IMG/VR virus record: IMGVR_UViG_3300020395_000007
Coordinates: 1-60,735 of that record
DNA from: a virus
Lineage: Duplodnaviria > Caudoviricetes
DNA length: 60,735 bases
Strand: one strand, 5' to 3'
Positions 55,884-60,735 of this stretch are shown here, piece by piece. Both the position numbers and the translations under genes were made by a program. Under the pieces are notes generated by a model. That model saw only the letters and a program-made list of their open reading frames with translations, was not told where the DNA came from and made no database searches. Position 1 is the stretch's first letter. Each line of letters starts with the position of its first letter.

Positions 55884-57062
55884 ATGTCTAGTGGCAAAGA
55901 ATTACAAGAAATGGAAGTAGGCACTACACCCTCCAAAACTAAGGCTAATGCAAATGCATCACCTGGTGACGCTTTGCCAAAGGCTGGAAGTAACGCAGCA
56001 GGTGTATCTACTCCAGGAAACGACGCTAACGTCGAAGATCTAGGTGGTCCAACACCAGATAACTACAAACCAGATGATGATTCAGCAAAGCTGAAGACTC
56101 CTGGCAAAACCCTTAAGCAAGTTAAGGATGTAGTTAATAAGAAAGCAAGTGCTGGCGACAGTGCTGCTACTTCTGCCACTAAGGTATCCGTACCTGAAGA
56201 AGTTGAAGCAACTGAAGATGAAGTTGTCTCAGAAGAGGAAGTTACTACTGATGAAGTAGTAGCAGAAGAAGAGACTACTGAAGAAGAAGTTGTTGCTGAA
56301 GAAGAAACTACTGAAGAGCCAGTAGTTGCTGAAGCACCTGAGTATAACATCGAAGAAGATGTTAATGCTCTTGTAGAAGGTGAGGAACTTTCCGAAGACT
56401 TCAAGAACAAAGCAAAAACAATTCTTGAAGCAGCAATCAACGGTAAAGTTACTGCCATCGAAGAAGGTCTCAAGAAAGAGTACGAGGAAAAACTCGTTAC
56501 TGAGGCTGAAGAGTTTAAGTCTGCTCTTAATGAGCGTGTAGACTCTTACCTAGAATATGTGGCTGAAGAGTGGTTCACTGAGAATCAACTCGCAGTAGAG
56601 GGCGGTCTTAAGGAAGAACTTACAGAATCCTTTATGACTGGTCTAAAAGGTCTTTTTGAAGAACATTATGTATCAATCCCTGAAGATAAGTATGATGTAC
56701 TACAGAGTATGGTAGAAAAACTAGATGATATGGAATCCAAACTCAATGAGCAAATTGAGAAGAACGTTGGATTAAACAAGAGACTTGCTGAGTCTGTTGC
56801 CGACGGTATCCTTGAGTCTGTTTCTGATGGTCTTGCGGCCACCCAGAAGGAGAAGCTCGCCTCGCTTTCTGAAAGTGTAGAGTTTGAAAGTGAAACAGAA
56901 TATCGTGAAAAGTTGGAAACCCTTAAGGAATCTTATTTCCCTAATAAAGGAGTACCAGCAGCTAAAACTGAGAGTCTATCAGAAGGAGTCGATAATGCAC
57001 CTGAAACAGTTTCAGGTTCAATGGCTGGATATCTAAAAACACTCAATCAGTTTAGCAAATAA
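55884..57062 (+). CDS. gp22: Prohead core scaffold protein gp22
   Basis: ELSEDFKNKAKTILEAA; VDSYLEYVAEEW; KLETLKESYF. Confidence 0.93.
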   Translation: MSSGKELQEMEVGTTPSKTKANANASPGDALPKAGSNAAGVSTPGNDANVEDLGGPTPDNYKPDDDSAKLKTPGKTLKQVKDVVNKKASAGDSAATSATKVSVPEEVEATEDEVVSEEEVTTDEVVAEEETTEEEVVAEEETTEEPVVAEAPEYNIEEDVNALVEGEELSEDFKNKAKTILEAAINGKVTAIEEGLKKEYEEKLVTEAEEFKSALNERVDSYLEYVAEEWFTENQLAVEGGLKEELTESFMTGLKGLFEEHYVSIPEDKYDVLQSMVEKLDDMESKLNEQIEKNVGLNKRLAESVADGILESVSDGLAATQKEKLASLSESVEFESETEYREKLETLKESYFPNKGVPAAKTESLSEGVDNAPETVSGSMAGYLKTLNQFSK

Positions 57063-57112
57063 CTGATTTTAATATTAAATCAAACGTAAACACTAACTTT
57101 TAATTAAAGCAA

Positions 57113-58474
57113 ATGTTCCATTCAGAACAGTTGCAGGAAAAGTGGGCTCCCGTTCTTGAACATGAAGGTCTTGACAAAATTCAAGACAGTCATAAGAAAG
57201 CGGTTACCGCAGTCCTGCTCGAAAACCAAGAGAAATTCCAAAAAGAACAGAACGCATTCAGCGAGTCTGGTCTTTTAACAGAGCAACCAACCAACTCTAC
57301 TGGTTCTAGTGTTGCTAACTTTGATCCTGTTCTAATCTCATTGATTAGACGTTCAATGCCTAACTTGATCGCATATGATCTTGCTGGTGTTCAGCCAATG
57401 TCTGGACCTACTGGTTTGATCTTCGCAATGCGTTCACGTTACAAGGATCAGTCTGGTACAGAAGCATTCTACAACGAAGCAGATTCAGCATTCTCAGGAC
57501 AACCTGCAGGAAGCAATGTTGAAACTGGTTTCGTAGATGGTACAGTTGGTTTAGGTACAACATCACAGTCTGGATCTAATCCAGGTGCGTTGAACCCTTC
57601 AACTGCTACTACCCAGAAGGCATACGACGTTGGACAAGGTATGACCACTGCTCAGGCTGAAAAGCTTGATGGCACTGGTGCAGATGCCTTCAACGAAATG
57701 GCATTCAGCATCGAGAAAGTAACAGTTACTGCGAAATCTCGTGCGTTAAAGGCTGAGTACTCACTAGAGCTTGCTCAGGACTTGAAAGCAATCCACGGCT
57801 TAAATGCTGAAGCAGAACTTGCTAATATCCTCTCTACTGAAATCCTTGCTGAGATCAACAGAGAAGTTATTCGTACAATTTACAAGTCTGCTGAAACTGG
57901 TGCTGCTACAAACACAGCAACTGCTGGAGAGTTCGATCTAGACATCGACTCAAATGGTAGATGGTCAGTTGAGAAATTCAAGGGACTTATCTTCCAGATT
58001 GAAAGAGATGCTAACGCTATCGCACAGCAAACTCGTAGAGGAAAGGGTAACGTTATCCTAACATCTGCTGACGTTGCTTCTGCGTTAACAATGGCTGGTG
58101 TTCTTGATTACACACCTGCTCTTAATGCAAACCTTAACGTTGATGACACTGGCAATACATTTGCTGGAACACTTAACGGTAAGTACAAGGTATACATCGA
58201 CCCTTATTCTGCAAACAGTGCTGCTAACCAGTACTACGTTGTTGGATACAAAGGTTCTTCACCTTACGATGCTGGTCTGTTCTACTGCCCATACGTTCCT
58301 CTACAGATGGTTCGTGCAGTTGGAGAGAATTCATTCCAGCCTAAGATCGGCTTTAAGACTCGTTACGGAATCGTTGCGAATCCATTTGCCGAAGGTACAA
58401 CAGCTGGTCTTGGTACTATTGGTGTTAACAACAATAAGTACTACAGACGTGTTACTGTTAAGAACCTAATGTAA
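57113..58474 (+). CDS. gp23: Major capsid protein gp23
   Basis: LISLIRRSMPNLIAYDLAGVQPMSGPTGLIFAMR; KSRALKAEYSLELAQDLKAIHG; FQPKIGFKTRYG. Confidence 0.98.
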   Translation: MFHSEQLQEKWAPVLEHEGLDKIQDSHKKAVTAVLLENQEKFQKEQNAFSESGLLTEQPTNSTGSSVANFDPVLISLIRRSMPNLIAYDLAGVQPMSGPTGLIFAMRSRYKDQSGTEAFYNEADSAFSGQPAGSNVETGFVDGTVGLGTTSQSGSNPGALNPSTATTQKAYDVGQGMTTAQAEKLDGTGADAFNEMAFSIEKVTVTAKSRALKAEYSLELAQDLKAIHGLNAEAELANILSTEILAEINREVIRTIYKSAETGAATNTATAGEFDLDIDSNGRWSVEKFKGLIFQIERDANAIAQQTRRGKGNVILTSADVASALTMAGVLDYTPALNANLNVDDTGNTFAGTLNGKYKVYIDPYSANSAANQYYVVGYKGSSPYDAGLFYCPYVPLQMVRAVGENSFQPKIGFKTRYGIVANPFAEGTTAGLGTIGVNNNKYYRRVTVKNLM

Positions 58475-58500
58475 GCAAGACGCTTATATTTCAATTCGTA

Positions 58501-58540
58501 AAGGGATGTCGCTTGACATCCCTTTTTTTTATGCTATAGT
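58501..58540 (+). terminator. gp23 terminator with embedded sigma70-like promoter
   Basis: AAGGGATGTC-GCTT-GACATCCCTT followed by a T-run; TTGACA(58513)-16bp-TATAGT(58535) with TG extension. Confidence 0.8.
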
Positions 58541-58592
58541 AGGTAAGTAAACCGATTGGTCTTGAATTAGACCATGACCTTGGAGAAACATT

Positions 58593-59834
58593 ATGATTGG
58601 CAAAAGAAAAGCCTGGGATTCTAATTTCACAATTAAGGATCTGGAAAAAGAAGGATTAACTGTAGAACATAATCCTTTTTACAAATTTCCTTTTTTAGCA
58701 TTAAAGGGATTTCGTATGGAAGAGATAGACAAATTAATTTGTCCTCCATGCAATAGTCCAAGAGGATATAAAGAAATATTTACATCTAAACAAGAACCAT
58801 TAGAAAGTTCATTACTTGAAGGTTGGTGGGTGCATTCCTGGTTAATACCACTATTAAAGGGAATGTATTTTGATAGAAGACATACTATTAAAACCCTACT
58901 AAAGCTTATTGCAGAAAGAAAATTAAGTATAAAATATGTTCCTGTTGCTGATTATGAACGTGTTTATGTCGATCATGAACCATTAATTTCATCATTTGAC
59001 GATCTATCAATCATGACTATGATTGGAGTAGCTGCAAACGTAGCAAAATCAGATGATGATGCAAAAACTGATCATTTCGTTAATTCTATTGTCGCAATTA
59101 TTGACAGAGAATATGAACTCATAGGTGATCCTGAATTAAAGACAAAGGGATTTATTAGAAAATTACTTACTTACATGGGTGCATACAGACGTTTTTCTGA
59201 TGTAAAAGGACATGTATCTACTGCAATTACTGACAAAATTTATAATACTGTTAACGGCAATACACAAACGGTTGTTGGTAAACTTACTTTTAATGTAGAA
59301 AAAGATAATGTAGATTCTTTTATGCAGAAAAGTGATGAGTGGGATTTTCACAATAGACAGGATGATGAATATGAGTATCGTAAATATGCTATTGATACCA
59401 TAAAGGATCACTACAGATTAGTTGCTGATAAAATTATGCAACAAGTTTATACTTTTGATAATCTATCCAGGAAAAATTCAAATGATCCTCATAGAACATT
59501 AAAAGTTTTAATATTCTGTGAGCAATCATCAAAATTTAATGCATCTCATGCAGAAAATATTGAAAAAGCTAGAGACAAATTTATAAACTGGTTTAATGAT
59601 TCTTACTATAATGGTAATAGATGTATTACTAATAAATTCAAGGAATCATTCGGAAAATATTATGATCAGAATGTAAGATCATTAAGTGAATATAAACTTG
59701 AAATTTATTGGTTACCTCAAATCGAAGATGAAGATCCAAATAAAGCAATACCAGTAAATTTTGATTTAGATGGTTTACGAGACATTACTCGTTTTAACAA
59801 ATTAAATGAAGAATTTGGAACAGGAGAGGGTTAA
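58593..59834 (+). CDS. Hypothetical protein, moron-like insertion between gp23 and gp3
   Basis: 413-aa ORF with GGAG RBS, its own promoter and terminator; no family recognised with confidence. Confidence 0.75.
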   Translation: MIGKRKAWDSNFTIKDLEKEGLTVEHNPFYKFPFLALKGFRMEEIDKLICPPCNSPRGYKEIFTSKQEPLESSLLEGWWVHSWLIPLLKGMYFDRRHTIKTLLKLIAERKLSIKYVPVADYERVYVDHEPLISSFDDLSIMTMIGVAANVAKSDDDAKTDHFVNSIVAIIDREYELIGDPELKTKGFIRKLLTYMGAYRRFSDVKGHVSTAITDKIYNTVNGNTQTVVGKLTFNVEKDNVDSFMQKSDEWDFHNRQDDEYEYRKYAIDTIKDHYRLVADKIMQQVYTFDNLSRKNSNDPHRTLKVLIFCEQSSKFNASHAENIEKARDKFINWFNDSYYNGNRCITNKFKESFGKYYDQNVRSLSEYKLEIYWLPQIEDEDPNKAIPVNFDLDGLRDITRFNKLNEEFGTGEG

Positions 59835-59850
59835 TACCCTCTCTTTTTTT
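59824..59850 (+). terminator. Intrinsic terminator
   Basis: GAGAGGGT-TAAT-ACCCTCTC followed by T7. Confidence 0.8.
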
Positions 59851-59880
59851 GTCTAAATATAAGTAGTCTAAAAATGTATC

Positions 59881-60003
59881 ATGAGTCGTCAAGAATTTAA
59901 GTTGAAAATACTGCAACGGTTTGAGGATGCTTTAGAAGTGAGACTTGCAGGAATAAAAGCAGCAAAAGCAAAACTTGAAGAACAAATATCTAGAGATAAC
60001 TAA
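59881..60003 (+). CDS. Small coiled-coil protein (40 aa)
   Basis: Follows CTAAATA (59853); EDALEVRLAGIKAAKAKLEEQI; TAATG overlap with gp3. Confidence 0.6.
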   Translation: MSRQEFKLKILQRFEDALEVRLAGIKAAKAKLEEQISRDN

Positions 60004-60584
60004 TGGCAATTAGAAATTCACCAGCACCAAGACCAGGAACTCCTATAGAAAATAGGAATTTCTTATCTCCTGTTGGGTTTAAGTTTGCACTTAAGAGAAG
60101 TCCTAAAACTGCTTTCTTCTGCAATCAAGCAAACATACCTGATATAACATTAGGAATAGCAGAACAACCAAGTTATCTTAAGGATATTCCTATACCAGGA
60201 GATAAAATTTCTTTTGGTGATCTTAACTTAAGGTTCCTTGTTGATGAAGATCTTGGTAATTATATGGAGATTCAGAAATGGATTCGTGGATTAGGTTTCC
60301 CTGAAGCAATTAAAGAATTTACTGAACTAGAAAAACAGGATTATTTGTTTGGTGCTGCAAAGTATTCACAGAGAGGAGATCAAATATATTCAGATGGTAC
60401 ATTACAAATCCTTAGTAGTAATCTAGTACCAAGATTTCAAGTAGTATTTGATGATCTATTTCCATATAGTTTATCAACAATGTCATTCGATGCAACTGAT
60501 ACGGACATCGAGTACTTTACAGCAGACGTATCTTTCAAGTATACTATATACAAACTAACCGATTTAGAAGGCAATTCTTTATGA
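60003..60584 (+). CDS. gp3: Tail completion / tail tube terminator gp3
   Basis: NFLSPVGFKF...ANIPDITLG...PIPGD...FLVDEDLGNYMEI...FPYSLS. Confidence 0.85.
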   Translation: MAIRNSPAPRPGTPIENRNFLSPVGFKFALKRSPKTAFFCNQANIPDITLGIAEQPSYLKDIPIPGDKISFGDLNLRFLVDEDLGNYMEIQKWIRGLGFPEAIKEFTELEKQDYLFGAAKYSQRGDQIYSDGTLQILSSNLVPRFQVVFDDLFPYSLSTMSFDATDTDIEYFTADVSFKYTIYKLTDLEGNSL

Positions 60585-60735
60585 GTGTAACTCTTGATAA
60601 ACTTCAAGAGATGTGGGAAAAAGACGCAAAGATCGATAGAGATAATCTACACGAAGAATCATTGAACATCCCATCTCTTCATGCAAAGTATTTTGATTTA
60701 TATAATACAATCTTCTTATTAAGAAAGAAAGCAGA
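60581..60735 (+). CDS. uvsY: Recombination mediator UvsY (3'-truncated)
   Basis: LDKLQEMWEKDAKIDRDNLHEESLNIPSLHAKY; usual position after gp3. Confidence 0.85.
   Translation, partial: MSVTLDKLQEMWEKDAKIDRDNLHEESLNIPSLHAKYFDLYNTIFLLRKKA

Noticed and set aside
48393-58474. Introns, inteins or homing endonucleases in gp17, gp18, gp20 or gp23
   Set aside because: ORFs are continuous and of normal length, with no splice or endonuclease motifs seen.
254-59411. Minus-strand and off-frame ORFs in the track (e.g. 254-499, 776-1087, 9024-9518, 31909-32241, 55495-55884, 56063-56473, 58098-58469)
   Set aside because: They are shadows of well-supported + strand genes, with no RBS or recognisable motifs.
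1-60735. tRNA or rRNA genes
   Set aside because: No cloverleaf with a T-loop and acceptor stem was recognised in the intergenic gaps (tRNAscan not run).

Overview
This is a fragment of a T4-like cyanomyophage genome (Kyanoviridae type; AT-rich, so a Prochlorococcus/Synechococcus host is inferred). Essentially all genes are on the + strand. Bases 1-7.7 kb are an early-type region of about 30 small hypothetical genes. They are arranged in cassettes, each headed by a copy of a ~33-bp repeat (AGGGGGGAACCTCTAAAGTGTCCYTATAGTGTA, 5 copies) and punctuated by intrinsic terminators. Near its end is a non-coding cluster of cyanobacterial-type DnaA boxes (TTTTCCACA) flanked by converging promoters. Bases 7.9-10.6 kb hold accessory genes: two 2OG-Fe(II) oxygenases and a glycosyltransferase-like protein. 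Bases 10.7-60.7 kb are the virion module under TAAATA late promoters: gp25, gp6, a 5185-aa gp7-like protein, a gp9/10-like fibre, an S8 protease, gp8, a VrlC-like protein, gp13-gp23, an inserted moron-like gene, gp3 and the start of uvsY. The most notable signals are the host-oriC-like DnaA-box array, the G6/-10 repeat followed in every copy by a sequence-variable hairpin, hairpin-promoter fusions, an RNA-ligase-motif early protein and nested repeats in the giant baseplate protein. All calls come from reading the sequence; no searches were run.
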